From a virus: a DNA stretch of 64,000 nt. Below, piece by piece: positions 49,088 to 57,809 of this stretch. How positions within the stretch are numbered: the stretch's first letter is position 1; each line of letters begins with the position of its first letter. The notes beneath the pieces are model-generated. The model was given only the letters and a program-made list of their open reading frames with translations. It was not told the DNA's origin and ran no database searches. The stretch spans positions 8,264 through 72,263 of the IMG/VR virus record IMGVR_UViG_3300027798_000035, one strand, 5' to 3'. A program made the translations under genes and the position numbers.

Positions 49088-50320
49088 TTAAGCAAGAATA
49101 ACGACTCGGTACTGGTTGGCAGTCGGGGCAGTTGCAAAAGAGACTGTTGTGGTACTACTGGTGTTCACGACATCAGCGTACACAACTTCTCCAGTAGATA
49201 CTTCATATACAGACACAATGAGGTCAGCAGTAGCCAAACCGTGTGTAAGGGTATAAGAAGTAGCACTTGTTGACAAAGTGGCGTAATGCCTTGTTTTGGT
49301 CCATACGGGGGCACTAGCACCTGCGAGTAACTGGTAGCCAGTTGTACCTAACGCAAGGGTTGAAGTGGCTCCTGAGCCAGTCTGGTAAACAATAGAACCA
49401 GCGGCACCACCAGTAACATTGGTTGCAGTCGTGGCAGTTGAAGAGTTACCCGTGTACTGGGAAACTGAAAGAACTTCAGTACCAGCAATCTTTAGGACTT
49501 TGCCCGATGCGAGGTTGATGTGCTCGGAAGAAGTCCATGAATCAGTAGCGTCAACCCAGTTCCAAGTCTTGTCTGTACCACCCCTAAGAGTAATACCACC
49601 ACCATCTGCTAAGGAATCCAGTGTGTTACCATCTGCCAAAACAATGTTCTTATCATCAACACTCATGGTGGTTGAGTTAATTGTGGTAGTTGTACCGTTT
49701 ACGGTTAAGTTACCCGCAATTGTTACCGTACCTGCGGCATGACCAATGTTGATCGCAGTAGCCGAACTACCAAATTCAATGGTAGTAGCCGCGGTAGTAA
49801 TAAGGCCAAAAGTAGTGCTGGAGGTGGTAATTGAAGTTACGAACGAGGGGCTGGTGTTAAAAACAAGAGAACCAGAACCAGTTTCATCTGAAAGAACTCC
49901 CGCTAGTTGTGCTGATGTAGTAGCAGCAAACTGAGCAAGAGTGTTAGTAGTTAAGGCCACATTAGAAATTGCGCCACTAGAACCATTAACTGTGGTTACA
50001 CCAGTACTTGAGGTTAAATAGGTAGCAGTATCAACTGACCAAGTACTAGAACCATTGGTCTTAAGGAAGCCTGCGGTACCAGTAAGGGCGGCAATCGCCG
50101 TAAGGTCAGCATCTGCTGGTTGCCAGGTGCCCGAACCACCAGATGAGAGTTCTACCCATGCGGAGCCGTTGTGATACTTAAGTTTGTTAAGTCCACCGTT
50201 GGTATCAAAATAGATACCACCAAGTTTTGCGTTAGCGGTAGGAACAGTACCTAAGTTATGGATAACGGGGTTTTGGAGTTCGTTACCATTTAAGTTGATG
50301 TTTGTTAGAAACTTGGACAT
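49088..50320 (-). CDS. Tail fibre-like structural protein
   Basis: DADLTAIA, GNLTVNGTTTT..VDDK, THGL. Confidence 0.75.
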   Translation of the reverse strand: MSKFLTNINLNGNELQNPVIHNLGTVPTANAKLGGIYFDTNGGLNKLKYHNGSAWVELSSGGSGTWQPADADLTAIAALTGTAGFLKTNGSSTWSVDTATYLTSSTGVTTVNGSSGAISNVALTTNTLAQFAATTSAQLAGVLSDETGSGSLVFNTSPSFVTSITTSSTTFGLITTAATTIEFGSSATAINIGHAAGTVTIAGNLTVNGTTTTINSTTMSVDDKNIVLADGNTLDSLADGGGITLRGGTDKTWNWVDATDSWTSSEHINLASGKVLKIAGTEVLSVSQYTGNSSTATTATNVTGGAAGSIVYQTGSGATSTLALGTTGYQLLAGASAPVWTKTRHYATLSTSATSYTLTHGLATADLIVSVYEVSTGEVVYADVVNTSSTTTVSFATAPTANQYRVVILA

Positions 50321-50327
50321 TTAAACC

Positions 50328-50750
50328 TCACGACAAATAGGCTTTACCGCCAAAAGAGGCGTTAAAGGACACAGAAAGTGTGTTTGCTGATATATATGTT
50401 ACATCACCAATTACAAGGTTTTCCCCGCTGTCTACAACAGAAACTGCTGGGTAATAGCCTAAATTATGATTTATTGTCCAAGTGGATGCTGACGCGCTTT
50501 GTGTGTGTATATAACTACCTGAAACAGGTAATACGAAGTTTAGTACTTGAGAAGGAATGGTACCTGTAATATTTACGGCGGCTGTACCTGTAGTAACAGT
50601 TCCAACCGTTAGAACATTAGGTGGACCAGCCACACCAGGGTCGTGTATCTCCAGCAGACGATCAGCGGGTTCTGAGACCACCGAGTCTGTCTTAGTGCGG
50701 GTAACCGTAATAAATTTGCCCGCGGGCTTGGATACCTCTACAGTGCTCAT
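50328..50750 (-). CDS. Fibre-associated structural protein
   Basis: TWTINHNLGYYPAVSV...GKAYLS. Confidence 0.7.
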   Translation of the reverse strand: MSTVEVSKPAGKFITVTRTKTDSVVSEPADRLLEIHDPGVAGPPNVLTVGTVTTGTAAVNITGTIPSQVLNFVLPVSGSYIHTQSASASTWTINHNLGYYPAVSVVDSGENLVIGDVTYISANTLSVSFNASFGGKAYLS

Positions 50751-51484
50751 GCTGGGGGCGTAGACACCGCTTGCTGGACAAATAGAGTTCCCGATGCGAG
50801 GTTGTCCCAATCCCCAGCGGAGTCCTTAACAAACAGGTCAAATGCGTGATCACCAGCGGGGATACTGTTCTTATCAGAAATATGAATTTCTAAGGTAGCG
50901 CCAGCGGCGGGGGCAATATATCCGCGACGGTTAGCCGTTAAGGCAAGTATTGTAGCCTCATTGGGAGCGGTGGCGTACCAGCGTAGGTCTAGGACCGTAG
51001 TACCTGCGGCGTTCTTTGCCTGCATATATGCGTCTGTGACTGCAATAATGACATCATCGGCATCGCGCCAAGTAAATTTACGACGGAAGTCCACATACTG
51101 TTTGAATCTGATCTCCATTGCCTGTGAGTCCTCCGAAGGTGTAATATCGTCCGATTCTGCTACTGAAATGATTCCACGGACGACTGGTTGGGTAATTGTT
51201 GGCGTTTGACCTGTGTAATAAACCAATCGGTTGCAGGTAGCAATAACATCAAATTCAAGATCGCCAACTGGTAATTCTCGTGTCTGCTCAGCGGTCAAGC
51301 AAATCAGTATTTCACCCTTATTAGTAAGTGTAATAGCAAATTCACTAACGGTATTACCGCTAGTTTTAATGGCGCCACGGGCCTCAGAAACTGCTACCAG
51401 ACGGTGCGTACGGCGATCTTTGACGACGACGAGTCTTTCCCATGGTAAACCCTTAGTAAGTGTATATGCGGCCCGATTCGTCAT
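50747..51484 (-). CDS. Structural protein with two BppU-like repeats
   Basis: LTAEQT..LP.G..FD...G.I and IPAG..FDL...GTL. Confidence 0.55.
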   Translation of the reverse strand: MTNRAAYTLTKGLPWERLVVVKDRRTHRLVAVSEARGAIKTSGNTVSEFAITLTNKGEILICLTAEQTRELPVGDLEFDVIATCNRLVYYTGQTPTITQPVVRGIISVAESDDITPSEDSQAMEIRFKQYVDFRRKFTWRDADDVIIAVTDAYMQAKNAAGTTVLDLRWYATAPNEATILALTANRRGYIAPAAGATLEIHISDKNSIPAGDHAFDLFVKDSAGDWDNLASGTLFVQQAVSTPPA

Positions 51485-51498
51485 GGTCTAATAATACC

Positions 51499-51669
51499 TC
51501 ATTCATCGTCATCAGGGGTAAATACTCCTGCCATATGAAACAACAATGATACTACTGCAATGACTACACCAAGGTCACGAGTTGACCCTGAGAGTGTAAT
51601 AAGAACTAATCCAGTACCTCCAAGGGTCCAGGCCAATCCTGATGATTCTTTCCATAATTTCTTAAACAT
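51499..51669 (-). CDS. Small two-TM membrane protein (56 aa), not in ORF track
   Basis: MFKKLWKESSGLAWTLGGTGLVLITLSG...VSLLFHMAGVF. Confidence 0.7.
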   Translation of the reverse strand: MFKKLWKESSGLAWTLGGTGLVLITLSGSTRDLGVVIAVVSLLFHMAGVFTPDDDE

Positions 51670-51671
51670 GG

Positions 51672-52985
51672 TTACTGCTTTCGGGTCACTGGGGTGGGCA
51701 TTGCGAATATAACTGCTGTTGCCGCGACTATTGCTCGTCGTGCCCCTACCGAGACCGCTGATCCCGTTGGCACATAATTATCAAATTGTCCGCCGAACAC
51801 ATTAATCTGGTCCTGGAATTCTTCTTTTACATCGTCAGGGGCGTCTGTTAGTGCTTCTGAAAGAGCCGAAGCCTGTTCATCAGACAATTCACTCGGGACG
51901 ATGGCATCAATAAGTTGCGTTACTTGCTCATCGGATAGTTCGTTAAGTACTTCTTCGCTAAAGACAGCGGAGATTGATTCCTCGGTTAATTCACTTACAT
52001 CAATAGATTCTACTAGTTCAGTAATTTCTTCATCAGATAATTCGTCAATTGAGGAAACTAGTTCATCCGCTAATTGATTTACTTCTTCTGTAGTGGGGTT
52101 ATCAGGTATTACTGTGTCTTCCTCAGGTACGGTCGTTATAGGTGTCTCTGTACTCTCTGGAATCTCTGGAATCTCTGGAATCTCTGGAATTGTCGTAGGT
52201 GCAGATGTAACAGTCGGGGGCGCACTCGTGCTTGATGTCGTCAAGGGTGTCGGGAAAAAGGGACTTGTAGTAGTTGTAGGAGTCAGAGAAGTTTGCGGGG
52301 GCGCCACAGTCTCCACAGATTGGCTCGTCGTAGGCATTGTAGAAGGCGCCACAGTGTCCGCAACAGTAGTGCTCGTAATCTCCGTAGTCGTCGGGGACTC
52401 TGTTGTCGTTGGGACTTCCGTTGTCGTTGTTGCCTCGGTGGTCGGGACTTCCGTTACAGGCACAGTCGTTGTTGGGGCAATAGTAGTAGAGGTCGTCGGT
52501 GGTTCCGTGGATGTTGTAGTTGGTACCCATGTTGTAGTCGTCTCCGGAATAGTTGTTGTTTCAGGAATAGTAGTCGTTGTATTTACGGGATTACCATTAA
52601 ATGATAACTCATATTGAATGTTCCAAGTGATACCATCACGCCAAACATCTGGTTCCCAGCAACAAGTACCTGCTCGTAAGCGGTAATTACCTGCTGGTAC
52701 TTCTAAGTCAATCTTAGATTGAAGACCAATGTAATCATCATTAGAAATGATTAATTCCCCAGTATCGTCGTTGTACAACCAAAGTTGGGGGTCTGACTCA
52801 AATCCAGGTGACTGATATGTTTGTGCCAAAAACTGGGTTGGTTCTGAGTAGGAGAACCAGAAGTCGGTAATTTCCGTAATTATTGGGTTTGTATCAGCCT
52901 TAGCCGATGGTACTGGGAATAATGCGATGACTATTAAAGCCCATTGTAGTAATTGTGTGATGCGCCGAAATACGGCTCGTTTCAC
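51672..52985 (-). CDS. Exported mucin-like protein (signal peptide, PPC-like domain, Thr/Pro stalk, acidic repeats, C-terminal anchor)
   Basis: AKA signal; DPQLWLY...NDD; TTT/IPE repeats; ELSDE repeats. Confidence 0.75.
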   Translation of the reverse strand: MKRAVFRRITQLLQWALIVIALFPVPSAKADTNPIITEITDFWFSYSEPTQFLAQTYQSPGFESDPQLWLYNDDTGELIISNDDYIGLQSKIDLEVPAGNYRLRAGTCCWEPDVWRDGITWNIQYELSFNGNPVNTTTTIPETTTIPETTTTWVPTTTSTEPPTTSTTIAPTTTVPVTEVPTTEATTTTEVPTTTESPTTTEITSTTVADTVAPSTMPTTSQSVETVAPPQTSLTPTTTTSPFFPTPLTTSSTSAPPTVTSAPTTIPEIPEIPEIPESTETPITTVPEEDTVIPDNPTTEEVNQLADELVSSIDELSDEEITELVESIDVSELTEESISAVFSEEVLNELSDEQVTQLIDAIVPSELSDEQASALSEALTDAPDDVKEEFQDQINVFGGQFDNYVPTGSAVSVGARRAIVAATAVIFAMPTPVTRKQ

Positions 52986-53164
52986 TTCTTCTTTTCTAAG
53001 AAGGATGCAATGTTGGGGTTACCGATAAGGGTAGAAGCCCAAGCCATTACAGCGGATACAGCGGGCATAAGAATAACTGCAAACTCAGGGTTATTACGGA
53101 AGCCGTAGGCAATAAGACCTAAGACTGCGCCCTTACCTGTCTGGTCAACGATTTGGTTTTTCAT
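52982..53164 (-). CDS. Small membrane protein
   Basis: Two hydrophobic segments. Confidence 0.6.
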   Translation of the reverse strand: MKNQIVDQTGKGAVLGLIAYGFRNNPEFAVILMPAVSAVMAWASTLIGNPNIASFLEKKK

Positions 53165-53423
53165 TCCGGTCCTCCAAGTGTGTGTTAAAGCGGTTCTCTA
53201 AACGGTTTTGATCCTCACGAAGGTACCTTACATCTACTTTTACTTCAGTAACGCTCGTGTGGGTATCAACAATCTTATCAGACAACTGATCTAACTTATT
53301 TTGAACGAGGGCGTGATCCTTGGCATTACTCCTAGTAAATTGAGTAATCAAAGTAATTAAAATGCCACCAATTGCGGTAACTACTGAGGCTTGTACAACT
53401 TCTGATACGCCGAATGCAAACAT
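53145..53423 (-). CDS. Membrane-anchored coiled-coil protein
   Basis: N-terminal TM then heptads. Confidence 0.65.
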   Translation of the reverse strand: MFAFGVSEVVQASVVTAIGGILITLITQFTRSNAKDHALVQNKLDQLSDKIVDTHTSVTEVKVDVRYLREDQNRLENRFNTHLEDRNEKPNR

Positions 53424-53426
53424 GAC

Positions 53427-53585
53427 TTAACGGGAAACGGTGAGTGTCACAGACCATGAATTAGGCCCAACTGGGTAGGTACTCATCACTACGACATTCC
53501 GCCAACCCTCAGCCTTGGCTCGGCGCATCGCAATAGAGCGCACATCGCCAATATACGGGGTATTAATGTCGTAGGTGATGATCAT
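53427..53585 (-). CDS. Hypothetical protein (52 aa), not in ORF track
   Basis: MIITYDINTPYIGDVRSIAMRRAKAEGW...; fills the gap. Confidence 0.6.
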   Translation of the reverse strand: MIITYDINTPYIGDVRSIAMRRAKAEGWRNVVVMSTYPVGPNSWSVTLTVSR

Positions 53586-53602
53586 AAGTTATAGAAGTAT
53601 AA

Positions 53603-53779
53603 CTAGTATTTTTCATCTGTTTCTGGGTTTGGCATTCTTCCACCAATATACGGGTTATCTGCATCGTAGCCATAGGTCTTCCTATGTTTACGAGCCGCAG
53701 AACCAGCACGAAGTTCTTCAACAGCATGCATCCATGGACGAGCGCCCGTGTTTTGTCCGCGGTGGTTAGTTACCGTCAT
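53603..53779 (-). CDS. Small protein, paralog of 53776..54045
   Basis: NHRGQNTGARPWMHAVEELRAG. Confidence 0.65.
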   Translation of the reverse strand: MTVTNHRGQNTGARPWMHAVEELRAGSAARKHRKTYGYDADNPYIGGRMPNPETDEKY

Positions 53780-54045
53780 CCGCGGCGACCCATGTTGCCA
53801 GCAATGGTGGATACTTCTGCTTCTTGCAACCACTGATCAGCCATGTCGCCAGCACCTTCAGGGTCACCGCTTACTGCGGGGACTGCTCCGTACTGGCCCT
53901 GCATTTCAGCGGCTTCCTGCTCGCCCATGCGACGACCACTAGTTGCATGCGTTACTGATCCACGACGCGCTCCTGCGCGCATGTCTTCAACGCCATGCAT
54001 CCATACTCGGGCGCCAGTGTCTTGTCCTCTGTGATTAAGTGCCAT
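53776..54045 (-). CDS. Small protein, paralog of 53603..53779
   Basis: GGAGG RBS; NHRGQDTGARVWMHGVEDMRAG. Confidence 0.7.
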   Translation of the reverse strand: MALNHRGQDTGARVWMHGVEDMRAGARRGSVTHATSGRRMGEQEAAEMQGQYGAVPAVSGDPEGAGDMADQWLQEAEVSTIAGNMGRRG

Positions 54046-54121
54046 TATAAAACCTCCGTAATTCGGTATGGTTTTATTTTACACGATATATCACTACCGT
54101 GGGTTGCTTACAAGTTAATGA

Positions 54122-54388
54122 TTACCAGTCAAGAGGCATGACGACAATTGGAGTATTTTCACCAATCCAAGCGCCAAGGATATTAAATTCAATGAACTCC
54201 ACGGCGTCTTCAAAGTCCATATTGTCACGCTCTGTCAGGATTGCAATAATCTTTTCCCAACTATAAACAGCGAGCACAGGCTCATTGATTCTTTGCGATG
54301 TGCCAATGATGGCATCGTCCAGACCATCCATTAATAGCAGGTCGTCATGGATACTTGCGAGGTGCTCGCGGATAAGGTTAGAACTCAT
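54122..54388 (-). CDS. Hypothetical phage protein
   Basis: DGLDDAIIG...VYS...EDAVEFIEFNILGAW.GE.TP. Confidence 0.75.
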   Translation of the reverse strand: MSSNLIREHLASIHDDLLLMDGLDDAIIGTSQRINEPVLAVYSWEKIIAILTERDNMDFEDAVEFIEFNILGAWIGENTPIVVMPLDW

Positions 54389-54439
54389 GTGATTCTCCTA
54401 ATTGTGTGGTTTTTTCTTATATTACTTTTTAGTTACTTT

Positions 54440-54991
54440 TTATGTAAAAGATGGACCGTTAATGCCAGTCACCCTTAGGTGTTCTTCCGGATCGTAGACC
54501 GTCACATCTGCGTCTGGACTCCACGCGGCGATACTATCGCGGTTGCCATGATAACCCCAACTTGAGAGTGTGTCAGCAACATTTTCAGTGTGCTTATTGG
54601 ATTTTGCCCAATTATGGACTGCCTGATTACCTTTACCATAATGGCTCATGTCAAAGTGACCACCGTGGTCATCTAACCATTCTTCAGGGTCAGATTTACC
54701 GTAGTCATGGTAATCATTCAGCGCCTGAGTAACTTGACGCTGATTTTCTAGGTGTGGGTCGTCATTAACATCACCATATATACGCAATGCACGAGTTGGT
54801 TGTGTTGTGACAACATGGTCACCCCATGCGCGGGCGTCAACCTCACGGGTAGTCATGTATGCGCCAGGGATACCTGCAATTACATCATCACCTGAGGGTG
54901 ATATACCGTGCTGAAGAATACTCTTAACATTATGTCCGCTAGTTCCATGGAATAACTTTTGGTCTTTATTAATGTACTCGTGAGCAGGCAT
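54440..54991 (-). CDS. ADP-ribosyltransferase-fold protein (H-Y class)
   Basis: LFHGTS..NVKSILQHGI...GAYMT...A.AW...VYDP. Confidence 0.65.
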   Translation of the reverse strand: MPAHEYINKDQKLFHGTSGHNVKSILQHGISPSGDDVIAGIPGAYMTTREVDARAWGDHVVTTQPTRALRIYGDVNDDPHLENQRQVTQALNDYHDYGKSDPEEWLDDHGGHFDMSHYGKGNQAVHNWAKSNKHTENVADTLSSWGYHGNRDSIAAWSPDADVTVYDPEEHLRVTGINGPSFT

Positions 54992-55236
54992 TACTCCGTC
55001 TTTTCAATCTTGTCAAACACTGAGTTGATCTCTTTAGCGTCTAACTTACCATCATCAATGTATGCCCGCGCAAGTCCTTCAATAACTGTGGACATACCGC
55101 CGATACCAGCCATGAGGCAGGCTTTCCATAATGGTACACCTGCGATAGCGCCCGCTCCAACCACACCAAGTGCTGAGGCGGCAAATACTGCCAGAATCCT
55201 CATACCAATGGCTTTAATGTTTGTAATGTCTTTCAT
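54991..55236 (-). CDS. Small membrane protein (holin-like)
   Basis: Two TMs followed by DDGKLDAKEIN. Confidence 0.65.
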   Translation of the reverse strand: MKDITNIKAIGMRILAVFAASALGVVGAGAIAGVPLWKACLMAGIGGMSTVIEGLARAYIDDGKLDAKEINSVFDKIEKTE

Positions 55237-55916
55237 GACTGGTCCTCTCCAAATAATGATTGCTGTCCCTCAATAGGCTGACCGCGCTTAGTCTTAGGCG
55301 CCTTCTCTTCCTTACCGCGCCGTACGCGACCCACCAATGTATTACGCGCCTCACGAACAACATCAGGGTGAATTGCTTCTACCCCTTCGTTTCCGTCATA
55401 CTCGTGCATATAATTGCTAAAGAGGGGCATGACTCTCCCCTGTTGTACCGTTGCTCGTTTTGGCACATCGCGTTTGTCAACAACACCAAACTTTGCAAGA
55501 TGACGGACAACTCTGTGGCTATCCCGTGTCAGGGACTGGTCAGGGATTAACGGCAAACCAGACTCAGTAGCATCCTGATGAGCAAGAGCCATTAGGCTCA
55601 TTGCCGTGGTGTTATTACCACCCATAGTTCCAGCCATCATGGACAATTTACGGTGCGCTGGTTGACCATAATCAGCAAACAGACGACCCTGACGGGAAGT
55701 CTCTGCATTTGGGTTTGTATTGTAGTCCTTGGGGTACCGTATTTTGTCTGGTGGATTGTCGTTAGCCCGCTGGGTGTCATCGTGGTGTTCTACTCTGACC
55801 ATGCCCAAATCACGCTTACTATGCGGGTCAAACGCATAGTAAGTAGTTTCTGCGGGTGAACGCACACCACCAGAATCTCTTTTTGGTGTATGGAATCTAC
55901 GGTACTCAATCGGCAT
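55233..55916 (-). CDS. GNAT-like paralog family member 3
   Basis: Similar to the genes at 57069 and 57806; QGRLF and QQSLF motifs. Confidence 0.6.
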   Translation of the reverse strand: MPIEYRRFHTPKRDSGGVRSPAETTYYAFDPHSKRDLGMVRVEHHDDTQRANDNPPDKIRYPKDYNTNPNAETSRQGRLFADYGQPAHRKLSMMAGTMGGNNTTAMSLMALAHQDATESGLPLIPDQSLTRDSHRVVRHLAKFGVVDKRDVPKRATVQQGRVMPLFSNYMHEYDGNEGVEAIHPDVVREARNTLVGRVRRGKEEKAPKTKRGQPIEGQQSLFGEDQS

Positions 55917-55937
55917 ATTTATGATTATACTATGTCT

Positions 55938-56441
55938 ATGCATGCAGAAGCCTGGTCATTCCTAGTTAGTAAATCATTAGAGATATCCCCATCATCAATT
56001 ATTGATATTGGTGGTAGAAATATCAACGGGACACCCCGTGATCTCTGGCCTAGTTCCGAATATGTGGCGCTTGACCATATTGGTGGTGATGGTGTAGATA
56101 TTGTGGCTGACGCCACAAATTGGGAACCAACGAGTAAATGGGACATGGGACTCTGCACGGAGGTGTTTGAGCACATCACTCCTGAGGATTATCGCAAGAT
56201 GTTAGTTACCTTGGGAAAGGCCATTAATCCTGGTGGCACACTCCTAGTTACTTGCGCTACTGACCCACGCCACCCGCATGCCGCTATTGGTACACCTGGT
56301 ATGCCAGTTGATGAGTTTTACGGCAATGTGGATGTAGAAGACCTATCCAAGGCTCTTGTTGAGACCAACTGGCAGTGTGTGGATATCATTGTTGATCGCA
56401 CACATGGTGACATCTATGTTGACGCCATTAATATGAACTAA
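55938..56441 (+). CDS. Class I SAM-dependent methyltransferase
   Basis: IIDIGG, GVDIVADA, CTEVFEH, INPGGTL. Confidence 0.88.
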   Translation: MHAEAWSFLVSKSLEISPSSIIDIGGRNINGTPRDLWPSSEYVALDHIGGDGVDIVADATNWEPTSKWDMGLCTEVFEHITPEDYRKMLVTLGKAINPGGTLLVTCATDPRHPHAAIGTPGMPVDEFYGNVDVEDLSKALVETNWQCVDIIVDRTHGDIYVDAINMN

Positions 56442-57076
56442 AAGGGTTCTGGTACAGTCCCAATACTCACTGGAAACAAGTCGTAATGTCGGTAGTACGG
56501 GTCCAAATGGTTTAGCCCCACCCATGCTTCAGCGCGATGTCGTATATCTTTTTCACAGATACCTAGCATGGCAATGTGCTTACCTGTTGCCCACCAGAAG
56601 TTGCCACCCCAAAATGGGTTTTGGTTATCAAAGTTATTGGGGTAGTAATGACATCCAGCGGTGGTGAAACCTTCGTCTAGCACTTCTACGGCTCGTTCCC
56701 ATTCCACGATGTTATAGCGTGTCATACCATTACGCCAGACTTCGTTGATTGGGGCAAAGTTAGCCGCGCCCTTGGTATGTGCATACACATAGTATGCATC
56801 AGGGTCATTGACAGCCATTTTGTATAGCGAATCAAGAGTTACTTGTTCCCATCCATCCGGGCTGGTTGTGGCGACAGTATAGTGCAAACCCCTTAAAGTA
56901 AGGTATTCCTGAGCCATAAGAATGTTCTGCGGGGTGCCCACGAACCCAATGTTCAGTGATGCAAGGTTTGCGTACAGACCATACTGGACTACTGCGCGGA
57001 TATGGTCAGGTACACACATCTGCCAATTTCCATCCGCAAATAAGTGATAGAAATGATGAATTCTTTTGTCAGTCAT
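56438..57076 (-). CDS. Putative glycosyltransferase-like protein
   Basis: E..TL, YAHTKG, GGNFWWA, R..AE.W. Confidence 0.5.
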   Translation of the reverse strand: MTDKRIHHFYHLFADGNWQMCVPDHIRAVVQYGLYANLASLNIGFVGTPQNILMAQEYLTLRGLHYTVATTSPDGWEQVTLDSLYKMAVNDPDAYYVYAHTKGAANFAPINEVWRNGMTRYNIVEWERAVEVLDEGFTTAGCHYYPNNFDNQNPFWGGNFWWATGKHIAMLGICEKDIRHRAEAWVGLNHLDPYYRHYDLFPVSIGTVPEPF

Positions 57077-57809
57077 CCCACAGGCTCAGTTGTTCAGATT
57101 TAGGCTCTGCATTAAGATTTGGTGCAGATCGCCCCATCGCTTGACGAATACGAGCCTTTGCGTGGGGTAGTCGTGAGTTTAAGTGTTGGCGCGGAGTTTG
57201 GTGACTGTATGGGTAACGATCAAGTTTGTTTGCTGCATAATTAAACCCAATACCATTATCCTCTCCCTTTCCTGGCATATCCTCATCAGAGATAGCACCA
57301 GATTTATGTAATTTACTAACTAATGCATAACTATGAGAAGAAAGATTGCTAGATGGTTTTAAAGACCTACCAGTTGTAGTTGTAGAAGCGATGTCAGCCA
57401 TACCTACTAAGTTCATTGCGGATGTTTTACCAGCCAAACTGTCGCGGGCGTATAAATCAGTTACCTCAGATCGTGCTGGCCTATGGTAAGTTCCAAACAT
57501 TGCTAATTGCTCCCCTGACTGAGCGGGGCGAGTCATACCCTCACGCCAAGATGCGGCACGATCATAATCATGCGTTCTCTGACCCTCAGCAATTAAGGTG
57601 TCTTCAGCCGTATCAGGGGTAAAGGTAGTCATATATGTGCTGGTAACATCTGGCTGATGAAAAATACTAGCCATAGCAATGGCTTGACCATCTTCATCAT
57701 GTGCAAAGTACTCATCCGACCCACCATGCTTGGCACCATGTGACACATAGTCGGATGATCTATTTTGCTCCCGATCACTGGGTGGTGCATAGCGTGAGTA
57801 GCGTGTCAT
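57069..57809 (-). CDS. GNAT-like paralog family member 2
   Basis: YFAHDEDG...LYARDSLAGKTSAMNL...; EQLAMF, C-terminal EQLSLW. Confidence 0.65.
   Translation of the reverse strand: MTRYSRYAPPSDREQNRSSDYVSHGAKHGGSDEYFAHDEDGQAIAMASIFHQPDVTSTYMTTFTPDTAEDTLIAEGQRTHDYDRAASWREGMTRPAQSGEQLAMFGTYHRPARSEVTDLYARDSLAGKTSAMNLVGMADIASTTTTGRSLKPSSNLSSHSYALVSKLHKSGAISDEDMPGKGEDNGIGFNYAANKLDRYPYSHQTPRQHLNSRLPHAKARIRQAMGRSAPNLNAEPKSEQLSLWDD

Noticed and set aside
52150-52600. Short tandem repeats (TCTCTGGAA x4, Thr codons) as CRISPR or VNTR
   Set aside because: They encode IPE/TTT low-complexity protein; no repeat-spacer structure and no cas genes
4525-52617. Many + strand ORFs antisense to structural and replication genes (e.g. 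30203..30718, 47182..47592, 52093..52617)
   Set aside because: Shadow frames of biased coding strands
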